Shown here piece after piece: positions 10,072 to 19,163 of a stretch of 64,000 nucleotides of DNA. The stretch spans positions 32,001 through 96,000 of the forward strand of contig JAEOTE010000007.1 of NCBI GenBank assembly GCA_016839945.1, given 5' to 3'. The notes beneath the pieces are model-generated. The model ran no database searches and was not told the origin of the DNA. It saw only the letters and a program-made list of their open reading frames with translations. The stretch's first letter is position 1, and every line of letters begins with the position of its first letter. The DNA comes from Candidatus Heimdallarchaeota archaeon. Lineage in GTDB: Archaea; Asgardarchaeota; Heimdallarchaeia; Heimdallarchaeales; Heimdallarchaeaceae. A program made the translations under genes and the position numbers.

Positions 10072-10968
10072 ATGACAAAAATAGCACTAATTCTAACAGA
10101 AGATCGAGAAAAAGGAACAAAAGAAGTAGTAGAGCTATTAGGAATAAACCCAGTAAATCTGAAAAATGTAATCTTGAAACCTAATTTTAATACAGCTGAT
10201 ACTCCTCCAGGATCTACTGCTATAGAAAACCTTCAAGGCTTAATTCCTACATTAAAAGATATGGGGGCATTATCAATTACACTTGCTGAAAGGAGTGGTC
10301 CTGTTAATACTAGAGAATGTATGGAAGAAAAAGGAATTTTCAAATTAGCTGAAGAGCTAGATTTTTCCATTGTCAATCTTGCTGAGGTTCCAGTTGAAGA
10401 ATATGTTCACCTTAAACCAAAAAATTCTCACTGGGAAAATGGTTTTCTATTTGCGAAATTATATCACGAAGCTGAATGTATAGTAGAAACATGTTGCCTG
10501 AAAACACACAGATCAAAAGCTCATTTTACTCTCTCAATAAAGAATGCTGTAGGTATGGTACCAAGACGAGAATTAGACGGACATGGATATATGAGAGAAA
10601 TGCACAACTCTCCCCATATTGCAAAGATGATTGCGGAAATCAATTCTGTTTTTAATCCTGATTTAATTGTTCTTGATGGAGTGACTGCGTTTGTAGATGG
10701 AGGTCCTGCTACAGGAACCAGAATTGAAGCTAACATAATTTTGGCAGGAACCGATAGAGTAGCTATTGACGCTGTAGGAATTGCAATTCTAAGGATTTTG
10801 GGGACAAACCCACATGTTTCAAAAGGATCAATTATTGAACTTGAGCAAATTGCAAGAGCTGTTGAATTAGGTATAGGTATTTCATCACTTAAAGAGATTG
10901 AAATACTAACTAAAACTGATGAAGCAGAAGAACTTGCAACAAAAATCATACTGGAACTAAATAAATGA
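10072..10968 (+). CDS. DUF362-domain protein
   Basis: LKPNFN, LKTH, SIKNAVG, DRVAIDA. Confidence 0.88.
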   Translation: MTKIALILTEDREKGTKEVVELLGINPVNLKNVILKPNFNTADTPPGSTAIENLQGLIPTLKDMGALSITLAERSGPVNTRECMEEKGIFKLAEELDFSIVNLAEVPVEEYVHLKPKNSHWENGFLFAKLYHEAECIVETCCLKTHRSKAHFTLSIKNAVGMVPRRELDGHGYMREMHNSPHIAKMIAEINSVFNPDLIVLDGVTAFVDGGPATGTRIEANIILAGTDRVAIDAVGIAILRILGTNPHVSKGSIIELEQIARAVELGIGISSLKEIEILTKTDEAEELATKIILELNK

Positions 10969-11044
10969 TAAGATAATTTAATTGGAATAGTATCAAGCAA
11001 GTTGTTAGATTCAATAATCTTTTTAACATAGGTGTAACTTTCAT

Positions 11045-12367
11045 GTGTCAATGTCAGAACTGAATTTCTTACTTACTTTAAGGGCAAAAACAAGAGCTAG
11101 TTTCAAGGAAATTGTTGAAGCTCAAGAAACAAGAGAGCTTGTTGCATTCCTTACTTCGCAGTTCGTAGCATTTTTAGTTTTTATGTCATTAAGACAGATA
11201 TTTCCTCTTTATTTACAAAAATCTACAGGATTATCTCAAGATGAAGTGTATATCAAATGGGGAATCATTGTTGCAGCATATACATTCGGTGGTATAATAA
11301 CTCGTATTCCTTCTGGTTACTTGATTGAGAAGTTTGGTAGACGAATATTAATTGTATTTTCATTCATTATTATGACTCTCGCTGTGGGAGGTTTAGCTTT
11401 CACAGAAAACACAATTCTGTTAGCGATTCTCTGGATTGTTTTACGTTCTTCAAATAACATCTTTGGTTTATCTAGTAGATCTTTGATTTCTGATTTAGAA
11501 ACAAAGTATAAAGGATTTTACAATTCTATAATTTCAACATCTGGTAGGTTTGGAAGCCTTATAGGGACCATTAGTTTAGGAGTTCTACTTGATTTCTTTG
11601 ACCCTATTGTTATGTTAATTGTTGTCTTTGTACTATCAATTATAGGAGGCATTCTCTTTTTTGTTATTTTCACAAAAGGGAAGGGAGAAGAAAAACATGA
11701 AGAAAGAAGAGAGGATCAAGAGAAAGGAGAAAAAGCTAAGCTTAGAGTCCATCATTTTACTAATAAAACATTTATATTTTTCTTCATCGCTTTTGTGATT
11801 TTTGGACTCATGGAAGGATTCACAAATCCCCAATTTTCCTTGTATGGGTACAACATAATCGGATTATCTGAAAGTCTTGTTGGAACTATCATTGGTCTTT
11901 CAAATATAGGTTTTATTGTAATAGGTCCAATAATTGGTTTAGCTATATCCTTCCGTAAACAAATTATTGACATCATACTTTTAGTAGCTTGTGTATTAAT
12001 CTCAGTGAATTTTCTGTTGATTTTCTTAATGCCTTTCAATCAAGCAATGTTCATAGTTTTTCTCTTTATTAGGAGCGTAGGGCATGCTTTGTTCTTTCCA
12101 ATAGTAATGACGATTCTAACTTCAGAACTTGATAAGAAGCATTTTTCAATTTTATATTCAGTTATTACAACTGCTTTCTTTCTTGGAATATCTGGAACAA
12201 GTTATGCTTCTGGAGTTCTGCTAAATATAGATGTCACATACTTCTGGTTATCTTCATTTATAACCTCTGTTGTGTTGGTTTTTGTGATTTTAGCATACTT
12301 AGTTATTAACAAAAGAAGGGATAGAGACTTAAAAGAGCAATCAATAGATTTTGCGGGTCTTAAATAA
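11045..12367 (+). CDS. MFS transporter
   Basis: About 12 hydrophobic segments; motif A variant GYLIEKFGRR. Confidence 0.9.
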   Translation: MSMSELNFLLTLRAKTRASFKEIVEAQETRELVAFLTSQFVAFLVFMSLRQIFPLYLQKSTGLSQDEVYIKWGIIVAAYTFGGIITRIPSGYLIEKFGRRILIVFSFIIMTLAVGGLAFTENTILLAILWIVLRSSNNIFGLSSRSLISDLETKYKGFYNSIISTSGRFGSLIGTISLGVLLDFFDPIVMLIVVFVLSIIGGILFFVIFTKGKGEEKHEERREDQEKGEKAKLRVHHFTNKTFIFFFIAFVIFGLMEGFTNPQFSLYGYNIIGLSESLVGTIIGLSNIGFIVIGPIIGLAISFRKQIIDIILLVACVLISVNFLLIFLMPFNQAMFIVFLFIRSVGHALFFPIVMTILTSELDKKHFSILYSVITTAFFLGISGTSYASGVLLNIDVTYFWLSSFITSVVLVFVILAYLVINKRRDRDLKEQSIDFAGLK

Positions 12368-12387
12368 TACTTTTCAGTTATATTAAT

Positions 12388-13434
12388 GTGTCAATAGAAA
12401 TCAGAAATTTATCTAAAACATTCCAAAAGAAAGGTAAAGAAACACTCGCTTTAGATAATATAAATGTTCAAATCAAAGAAGGAGAATTTGTAGCTTTGCT
12501 AGGTCCTAACGGAGCTGGAAAAACTACTTTAACTAAAATCCTCAATACACTTATTCTTCCATCATTAGGAGAAGCATTCATTGATGGTATAAGTATAAGA
12601 GAAGACAAGAAAATACGTCAAATGGTTGGTTCTGTTTTTGGGGAAACAGGAGGAAGAAGTTTGTACTATAGATTATCAGTTTTTGATAACCTCCTGTTCT
12701 ATAGCACTCTAAGTGGTATCAAAAAAGCTGAAGCAAAAAAAAGAATAAACTCATTATTACAATATTTTGATCTAGAAGACAAGAAAAATACTCTTGTCAT
12801 GAAACTTTCGACAGGTATGAAAGCTAAAGCCTTACTTATTCGAGCATTAGTACCATTTCCCAAAGTTTTACTGCTCGATGAACCCACTTTAGGTTTTGAT
12901 GCAGAAAGCTCTGAAAAAGCAAAAGAGCTTCTTCTTGAATTTAACAGAGAAATAGGTACAACAATCTTACTTACAAGTCATAATTTTACTGACATTGATG
13001 ATTTAACACAACGGTTGATATTAATAGATAGAGGTCAAATAATTCAAGACTGCTCTCCTTCAGACTTTAAAAGTGCAGCTGCTCAGGAATATGTAAAATT
13101 AGTATTTTGTCTCCCATCTTTTCATTACAAGAGTTTTGAAACTTTGATGAAACATTCAGCTGGAGCTGAAATCTTGTTTTTTAGAGATAAGGATATAGAT
13201 AATTTTATCTTTGAAGCTAAAATACGACCAACAAAGTATACACTGAATGAGACTATTTCTCGAATAACTGTCTTAATTCTAAGAGCAGGAGGAGAAATCT
13301 ATCAAATTGCTCCACATATGCCATCTCTAAAAGAATCTTTCCTAGCTTTCCTTGCTCTTAGTAAACAGAAAAGCGTTGAACATCCTAAATCTGTAGAAGA
13401 AATGTTTTCTATACCTTTTCAGGAGGAGGAATAG
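12388..13434 (+). CDS. ABC exporter ATP-binding subunit
   Basis: GPNGAGKT, LSTGM, LLDEPT, TSH. Confidence 0.93.
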   Translation: MSIEIRNLSKTFQKKGKETLALDNINVQIKEGEFVALLGPNGAGKTTLTKILNTLILPSLGEAFIDGISIREDKKIRQMVGSVFGETGGRSLYYRLSVFDNLLFYSTLSGIKKAEAKKRINSLLQYFDLEDKKNTLVMKLSTGMKAKALLIRALVPFPKVLLLDEPTLGFDAESSEKAKELLLEFNREIGTTILLTSHNFTDIDDLTQRLILIDRGQIIQDCSPSDFKSAAAQEYVKLVFCLPSFHYKSFETLMKHSAGAEILFFRDKDIDNFIFEAKIRPTKYTLNETISRITVLILRAGGEIYQIAPHMPSLKESFLAFLALSKQKSVEHPKSVEEMFSIPFQEEE

Positions 13435-13435
13435 A

Positions 13436-14299
13436 ATTTATCAACAAGCTGAGGAGGTAATATCCTCCTTTAAGCCATCAACTAAGAGAAGTACTTTCAT
13501 CTCAAGAATCTATAGTATATTTATTTCAAGAATAAAAATGGCATTAAACTACAAAAGTAGTTTTCTCATGATAATTGCACTGAATCTGATAATGATTGTT
13601 ATGTATTTTTTCTTCAGTCGTTTGAATCCAGATATAACAATTTTTGGGATTGATGCATCTTATTTTGAATTCTGCATAATTGGTCTCTGTCTTCAGATGG
13701 TAGTTGGAACAAGTTTAGGAACGGTATGTGCTAATATTTTCAATGAAATTTCTGCAGGAACATGGTCTTCTATTTTACCGTTTTTCAATTTTTTAGAATA
13801 CTCAATTGGAACCACTCTTGCAGGTGCATTCATATCGTCTTTTTCAATATTTATTGCACTAGGATTCACATATCTTATTGCAGGATTTTTTTTTGTTATT
13901 ACGTTTCAAGAAATTATGCTGATTTTTTTCCTTTTTATTTTGATTTTAATTTCTCATATGGCTATATCCATGCTTTTCGCTGCCTTTACTATTTACTATC
14001 AAAAAAATAGTAGTCTAGTTTCAACTTTATATCATCTAACAAAGACATTCACTGGAATTGTTTTTCCAGTTTCTTTGTTATCAGGTTTTCCTTTAGTGTT
14101 ATCAAAAAGCCTTCCTCTAACATACGGATTATCAACCCTACAGTCAATCCTGTTTTCTTCTTCTGTAGATTTTAGAGGGTATTTATTTAATTGTTTAATA
14201 CTTGTATCTCTTTCTATAATAATTGGTTTAATAGCCTGGTTTCTTTTTTCTTATAGCTTAAAAAACGCAAAAAAACATGGTAAGTGTGATTGGTATTGA
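13436..14299 (+). CDS. ABC-2 type permease; first ATG at 13538, but the coding region appears to start near 13436 (ATT)
   Basis: 6-TM ABC-2 pattern (GTW, GIVFPVS, PLTYG); upstream in-frame sequence aligns without gaps to the N-terminus of the next permease; start position is inferred. Confidence 0.8.
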   Translation: MYQQAEEVISSFKPSTKRSTFISRIYSIFISRIKMALNYKSSFLMIIALNLIMIVMYFFFSRLNPDITIFGIDASYFEFCIIGLCLQMVVGTSLGTVCANIFNEISAGTWSSILPFFNFLEYSIGTTLAGAFISSFSIFIALGFTYLIAGFFFVITFQEIMLIFFLFILILISHMAISMLFAAFTIYYQKNSSLVSTLYHLTKTFTGIVFPVSLLSGFPLVLSKSLPLTYGLSTLQSILFSSSVDFRGYLFNCLILVSLSIIIGLIAWFLFSYSLKNAKKHGKCDWY

Positions 14300-15183
14300 C
14301 ATTTTACAAAATATATGATGAAATAACAAAAAGATTCTCTGTTATAGATCGAACTCCATCATTCTTTCAAGGATTAAAAGCTATTTTCATTAGAAATTTC
14401 AAAATTATTTGGCAGTATAAATTTTCAACAGTTTTAAATTTTGTAAATACACTCATTGTATCTTCTCTATTCTATTATATTGCACTGTTAATTCCAGACA
14501 TGCAAATTGAGCAAGACCTATACATTGTAGATAGTGTCTCTTTTATCTTTGCTGGGTTTGTTTTAGTTAATATAGCGACAAAGATTCTAAACAAATCTCT
14601 TAACAGTATTAGCAGTGAGATGAAGCAAGGAACATTTGAAACTCTCTCTACACTCCCTTTTGGACTAAGAAAATATTTCATTTCGGAGGTAGCTTTCGAG
14701 ATGATATACGGTTTTATAACTTCAATAATATTCTTTATTCCAATATTCTTGATATTTCCTATTTTTAGAAATGTATCTATTTCTTCTGCATCCTTTTTTT
14801 CACTTTTACTAGTTCTTCTTAGTATATGCTTATTCTTCTTTTCATTATCGCTTTTAGCAGCAAACTTCACAATATTAATTAAAAGAGGAAAGGAAATTTC
14901 TTTAGTTATATTAAGCATTTTGCACTTACTCAGTGGAAGTATGTTCCCACTTTCTGTTTTTCCAGGATGGTTAAAGATTATTGCCTATTTCTCACCGTTT
15001 ACGTTAGGAGTTCAAGCTTTTAGATTATGCCTTTTTGGAAATGGTATTTTAACAGATAGCATAGTATGGAGTGCGGTCTTATTCTTAATTCTATCATCTA
15101 TTGTTATTATTGTAGCTTTTCTCTTTACTTACAAAAGAATCTACAAAAGGATAAGAGAAACTGGTTCAATTCATGAATATTAA
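14290..15183 (+). CDS. ABC-2 type permease
   Basis: EMKQGTFE, SGSMFPLSVFPGWL, SPFT; TTG start overlaps previous stop. Confidence 0.9.
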   Translation: MVLTFYKIYDEITKRFSVIDRTPSFFQGLKAIFIRNFKIIWQYKFSTVLNFVNTLIVSSLFYYIALLIPDMQIEQDLYIVDSVSFIFAGFVLVNIATKILNKSLNSISSEMKQGTFETLSTLPFGLRKYFISEVAFEMIYGFITSIIFFIPIFLIFPIFRNVSISSASFFSLLLVLLSICLFFFSLSLLAANFTILIKRGKEISLVILSILHLLSGSMFPLSVFPGWLKIIAYFSPFTLGVQAFRLCLFGNGILTDSIVWSAVLFLILSSIVIIVAFLFTYKRIYKRIRETGSIHEY

Positions 15184-15848
15184 GTGTTAGTGTCTTTTCT
15201 AAGAATTCGTAGAAAGTCATTAATTGTAGCGCTTACATCATTTGATTGTGTTATTGCTCTACCTATTACAAGAATATCTACTCCTCTGTCTAGAGCTATT
15301 TCACTTGTTAGCAAATTCAAACCTCCAGCTGCAGCTACAAGAACATTAGGAAAAGAGGATTTTGTTTTCTTGATTAACTCCCATGGATGTTCTTGTTTAC
15401 CTTCTTGATCTATTCCTCTATGAAAAAGAACTATTGAAGGTTTTTTAGTGAGTTGGTTAATTAATACTTCAGGATTCTTTACATTCATCAAATCCAGAAT
15501 AATATCTATGTCTCTCTTTGTTCCTTCTTCAATAGAACTTTCTATTGTTTCAATTGAAGCTAATCCACTAATTGCTACTGCGCATGCTTTTTCTTCAACA
15601 GCTATCTGCACTTCCAGTCTACCAACATCTAAAGTTTTCATATCTGCAACTACGTAAGTATCTTCTGCGTGTGATAGTAATTCCTTGAGAATGTTTATTC
15701 CGAATTTCTTTATTAGTGGTGTCCCCGCTTCTAAAAGTATTTTATCAGATTTGGGTATTCCATTTAGTATTCGAACTAATTCATCTTTGCTAACTAAATC
15801 AAGAGCAATTTGCAAATATGGAGGATTAGCAAGTCGCATTTTATACAC
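15180..15848 (-). CDS. 3-hexulose-6-phosphate synthase-like protein (OMPDC/HUMPS family; resembles the Hps half of Fae-Hps)
   Basis: PYLQIALD, LEAGTPLIK, ADMKTLDVG, HRGID, AAGG, IGRAIT. Confidence 0.82.
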   Translation of the reverse strand: MYKMRLANPPYLQIALDLVSKDELVRILNGIPKSDKILLEAGTPLIKKFGINILKELLSHAEDTYVVADMKTLDVGRLEVQIAVEEKACAVAISGLASIETIESSIEEGTKRDIDIILDLMNVKNPEVLINQLTKKPSIVLFHRGIDQEGKQEHPWELIKKTKSSFPNVLVAAAGGLNLLTSEIALDRGVDILVIGRAITQSNDVSATINDFLRILRKDTNT

Positions 15849-17199
15849 TCATTAAACTTGTTGGAACTTCCTCTTTTAATATCCTTGGTTGAGCTATATC
15901 TTTAACATAATCTAAAATATATTCTTGATTTCGCTGATCTCCATGTATAAGGATTATATCTTTAGCACCTGTTTCTTTCATAATTCTCTTTAATCCATCT
16001 ACTGAGCTATGACCAGAATAAGGGAATTTCATTATTTGATTCTTGAGATTGATTTTCCTCTTCTTACCAGTTTCGGTTTTAACAGTAAGTTCCTTTTTAC
16101 CATCATATATTTCTCTACCAGTTGTCCCAAATACTTGATATCCTGAAAAACCTAATACATCATCTTCATTAGATCCACATAGTTCAAGATATGTGTGAAT
16201 TGGACCACCTTCAAGCATACCAGAAGTTGTAACAATAATAGAACCTTTATCACTTGAAGATATCAGCTTTCTTGCATATTGTGTCCTTTCCGAAACTTCG
16301 TAAATAGGAATGAAATTACTTTTTTCAAATGGTGAATGCAATTTTGCTTCCTTTAGTTGATCTAAAAACCTTTTTGAAACCCATTTTTCGCTCAAGTAAT
16401 GTTCAGTTATCATATTCATTTTATTAATCATACCATCCATATAAATTGGAATTTCATCTAAATCATTATCTAATGCTAATGTAATCAAAATTTCTTGTGA
16501 TCTACCAACAGCAAAAGATGGTAGTATCATTTTGTTTCCTGTTTCAGCTGTTTGTTTAGCTAATAGTCTTAAACCTACATCAATCTTTTCTCTTTCTGGA
16601 ACATACCTGTCTCCATTAGTAGATTCTGTGATTAAAACATCAATTTTTTCGTCTGGAACTTCGTAACCATCAAACATTGGAGTTATTCTATCATTAATAT
16701 CTCCTGTATATAGTATCAGTGTCCCTTCCCAATCAATCAAGATTTGAGCAGCTCCTAAAACATGACCTGCATTAAGAAATTCCGCAGTAATCCCATCAGC
16801 AATTTTTATTTTCTGATGATAATGGGTTGTTTTTATTTTATTGTAAACAACATCTAAATCCCTTTCTGACCAATGTCTTCTTCCTTCGATTTTTAAGTGA
16901 TCTCTCCATAAAGTATAAGCTATGTCTTTTGTTGGATGAGTCATATAATAAAATCCTTTGTATCCTTCTTTTGCTAACCGGGGTACATACCCAGAATGGT
17001 CAATATGTGCATGACTCAGGAAGAAAGCGTTCAGTGATTTAGCTATTTCATCAACACCTTTTGGTGCTTTTGATAATCCTTTAGGAACAAGCTCTATACC
17101 ACAGTCTAGTAAAATAGAGTGATCTTTATCACTTAGAAGAAAGCTGCTCTTTCCTACATAATCAGTTGCCCCGAATGCTGTAATTTGTATATCATTCAT
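15841..17199 (-). CDS. beta-CASP metallo-beta-lactamase ribonuclease without KH domains (aCPSF2/aCPSF1b-like)
   Basis: SHAHIDH, AGHVLG, YTGD, EST, FAVGRSQE, SGMLEGG, YSGH, IHG. Confidence 0.9.
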   Translation of the reverse strand: MNDIQITAFGATDYVGKSSFLLSDKDHSILLDCGIELVPKGLSKAPKGVDEIAKSLNAFFLSHAHIDHSGYVPRLAKEGYKGFYYMTHPTKDIAYTLWRDHLKIEGRRHWSERDLDVVYNKIKTTHYHQKIKIADGITAEFLNAGHVLGAAQILIDWEGTLILYTGDINDRITPMFDGYEVPDEKIDVLITESTNGDRYVPEREKIDVGLRLLAKQTAETGNKMILPSFAVGRSQEILITLALDNDLDEIPIYMDGMINKMNMITEHYLSEKWVSKRFLDQLKEAKLHSPFEKSNFIPIYEVSERTQYARKLISSSDKGSIIVTTSGMLEGGPIHTYLELCGSNEDDVLGFSGYQVFGTTGREIYDGKKELTVKTETGKKRKINLKNQIMKFPYSGHSSVDGLKRIMKETGAKDIILIHGDQRNQEYILDYVKDIAQPRILKEEVPTSLMSV

Positions 17200-17376
17200 T
17201 GTATTATCTCCTTAGATTTTCAAAGTATCGTCTTTTATTTAGAGCATTATAACTTTGTTTTTATATTTTTTTCAATATTAGTTACTCTTAAAGTTTATTT
17301 TATGCAAGATATTTTAGAATCATTCTTGATTTGAATAATCTTTTATATTATGTTATGTTGTTTTTATTTGAGAACT

Positions 17377-18105
17377 ATGGATAATGAAAAGGAAAAGAAG
17401 AAACAAGAGAAAGAAAAAACAGACTTTCGAAGTTCCTTATCAGATGCATATAAATCATTAGACCAAGAGTTGGTTAAAGAGCAAGAACTAGATAAACAGA
17501 AGAAGCAAGAGATTATAGAAGAGGGAATAGAAAAGGTTGAAAAAGAATCTGGAAAAGATTTAATCTCTTCAAAGCTGCTAACAGGTAAAATCTTGGAGTT
17601 GAGACAAAAAGCCGGTATGTCTCAAGCTATTGGGACTGCAGGTAAAGTAAAAACTCCAATTCTATTTAAGAAAGATGAGTTTAAACAAAAATTGACAAGA
17701 GAATTACTAATTATTGGAATAGAGGAATTAGCAGACATTGGGGGGGCAATTACAATACCTAACTTAGTAAATTATTTTAGAGAAACAAGACCTAACTGGA
17801 AAGTTAGAACAGGTGAGATTCTAGAAGTTCTGAAAGTTATGGAAAAGAAAGAGGTAATTCCCAAAAGAATAGATATTGGTGAAGATGATGTTTTGATTAG
17901 ATTCAAACCTATTGAGATGTCAGGAGATATACAAGACATTCTAAGATTAGCAACAGGATTACCCTATCTCACTGTAGACAAAGTTACTTCTCATCTAGGA
18001 TGGCCAATAGAAAGAGCCCAAAGTACTTTAACCGTAATGATGAAAATGGATTTAACAATACTAGAAGAATCTACAGGAAATTATTATTTCCCAGGTATTG
18101 ATTAA
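17377..18105 (+). CDS. ESCRT-II Vps22/Vps36-like (EAP30 domain) tandem winged-helix protein
   Basis: GGAITIPNL, PIEMSGDIQDILRLA, YLTVDKVTSHLGWPIERAQSTL, YYFPG follow the Vps22/SNF8 pattern; ATG 17377 preferred over 17350. Confidence 0.8.
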   Translation: MDNEKEKKKQEKEKTDFRSSLSDAYKSLDQELVKEQELDKQKKQEIIEEGIEKVEKESGKDLISSKLLTGKILELRQKAGMSQAIGTAGKVKTPILFKKDEFKQKLTRELLIIGIEELADIGGAITIPNLVNYFRETRPNWKVRTGEILEVLKVMEKKEVIPKRIDIGEDDVLIRFKPIEMSGDIQDILRLATGLPYLTVDKVTSHLGWPIERAQSTLTVMMKMDLTILEESTGNYYFPGID

Positions 18106-18170
18106 GATATGTAAAACTGACAAAACTTGCATTTTACGAAGAGTTTATAAACTTACAGAAGAAAATTAAT

Positions 18171-18233
18171 ATGGAAAAATCTCACACTATATTTTGCGAG
18201 ATTTTTCCCTCCCTCCCTCATTTATTTTATTTT
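18171..18233 (+). ncRNA. Candidate small RNA: hairpin, (CCCT)3 and T-tract behind a TATA box; alternatively a terminator or 25-aa ORF
   Basis: TTTATAAA at 18144-18151; stem GGAAAAATCTC/GAGATTTTTCC 18173-18208; T-rich 18221-18233. Confidence 0.3.
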
Positions 18234-18274
18234 CAAAAAAGAAGATAAAATTATGATCCTTATTTTTGGTTTTA

Positions 18275-19108
18275 CTAAATGTTTCTGTACCAGTTTTTCT
18301 TGTTCTTTTCACGTTTATCTTTATCAATTTCTGATAGAACCTTAACAGCATAATTAGCTGCTTGGATTGCTTCTCTTTCTCCTTTCACACCAAATTCATT
18401 AGTGACTCGGTTTGCATAAACAGCACATATAGCACCAGCTCTTCCTTTGAATATACTAGCTAATGTGAATATATGGGAAGCTTCCATCTCAAAATTCAAA
18501 ACACCCATTTTTTGCATATCTGGAACTATCAATTCTGTTTTACTTATTTTGTAATTTCTATACCCAGGTCTTCCTTGCCCTAAATAGAAACTGGAAGAAG
18601 AAGCAGCTATCCCAATATGATAACGAAATCCAAGACTTTCGCAAGCTTCAATTAATGCTAGTACAACTTCATAGTTTGCTAAAGCGGGGTAACTTTCAGG
18701 AACATAATATTTACTTGAACCTTCCATTTTAACGGCTCCAGTATTTATAATTAAATCCCCAAGTTCTATTCCTGGTTGAATAACTCCTGTTGATCCAACT
18801 CGAATAAAGGTATCACAACCAATATTCATCAATTCAGTTAGAGCAATTTCGCAAGCAGGTGTTCCTATTCCTGTTGATGTAACACTGATGGGAACATCAT
18901 GAACTTTTCCTGTATATGAGTAATACTGACGATGCCCTGCAACATCATGAAAATCATCCCATGTTTCAGCTATTCTTTTTGCTCTTTCTGGGTCACCAGG
19001 TAATAACACAGGACCTGATAGATCACCTGGTTTGCATTCTATATGATATTGTTTTCCTTCTTCAAAAACAGGTTTGTCTGCTAATGGTTTTTTATCTTCA
19101 TTTCCCAT
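18275..19108 (-). CDS. udp: Uridine phosphorylase (PNP/UDP family)
   Basis: QYHI, LLPGDPER, STGIG, IRVGSTG, FYLGQGR, NFEMEA. Confidence 0.9.
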   Translation of the reverse strand: MGNEDKKPLADKPVFEEGKQYHIECKPGDLSGPVLLPGDPERAKRIAETWDDFHDVAGHRQYYSYTGKVHDVPISVTSTGIGTPACEIALTELMNIGCDTFIRVGSTGVIQPGIELGDLIINTGAVKMEGSSKYYVPESYPALANYEVVLALIEACESLGFRYHIGIAASSSSFYLGQGRPGYRNYKISKTELIVPDMQKMGVLNFEMEASHIFTLASIFKGRAGAICAVYANRVTNEFGVKGEREAIQAANYAVKVLSEIDKDKREKNKKNWYRNI

Positions 19109-19163
19109 AATAATATAATTAAATCATGAGTAATAAAAACATTTCACACAGAAGAGGATCTTA

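Noticed and set aside
10521-11051. 176-aa antisense ORF over the DUF362 gene
   Set aside because: Ser/Ile/Pro-rich antisense shadow of a well-supported gene
18184-18198. ACACTATATTTTGCG resembles a bacterial NrdR box
   Set aside because: Single copy, not upstream of any nucleotide-reduction gene, no nrdR in the window; better explained as the hairpin loop region
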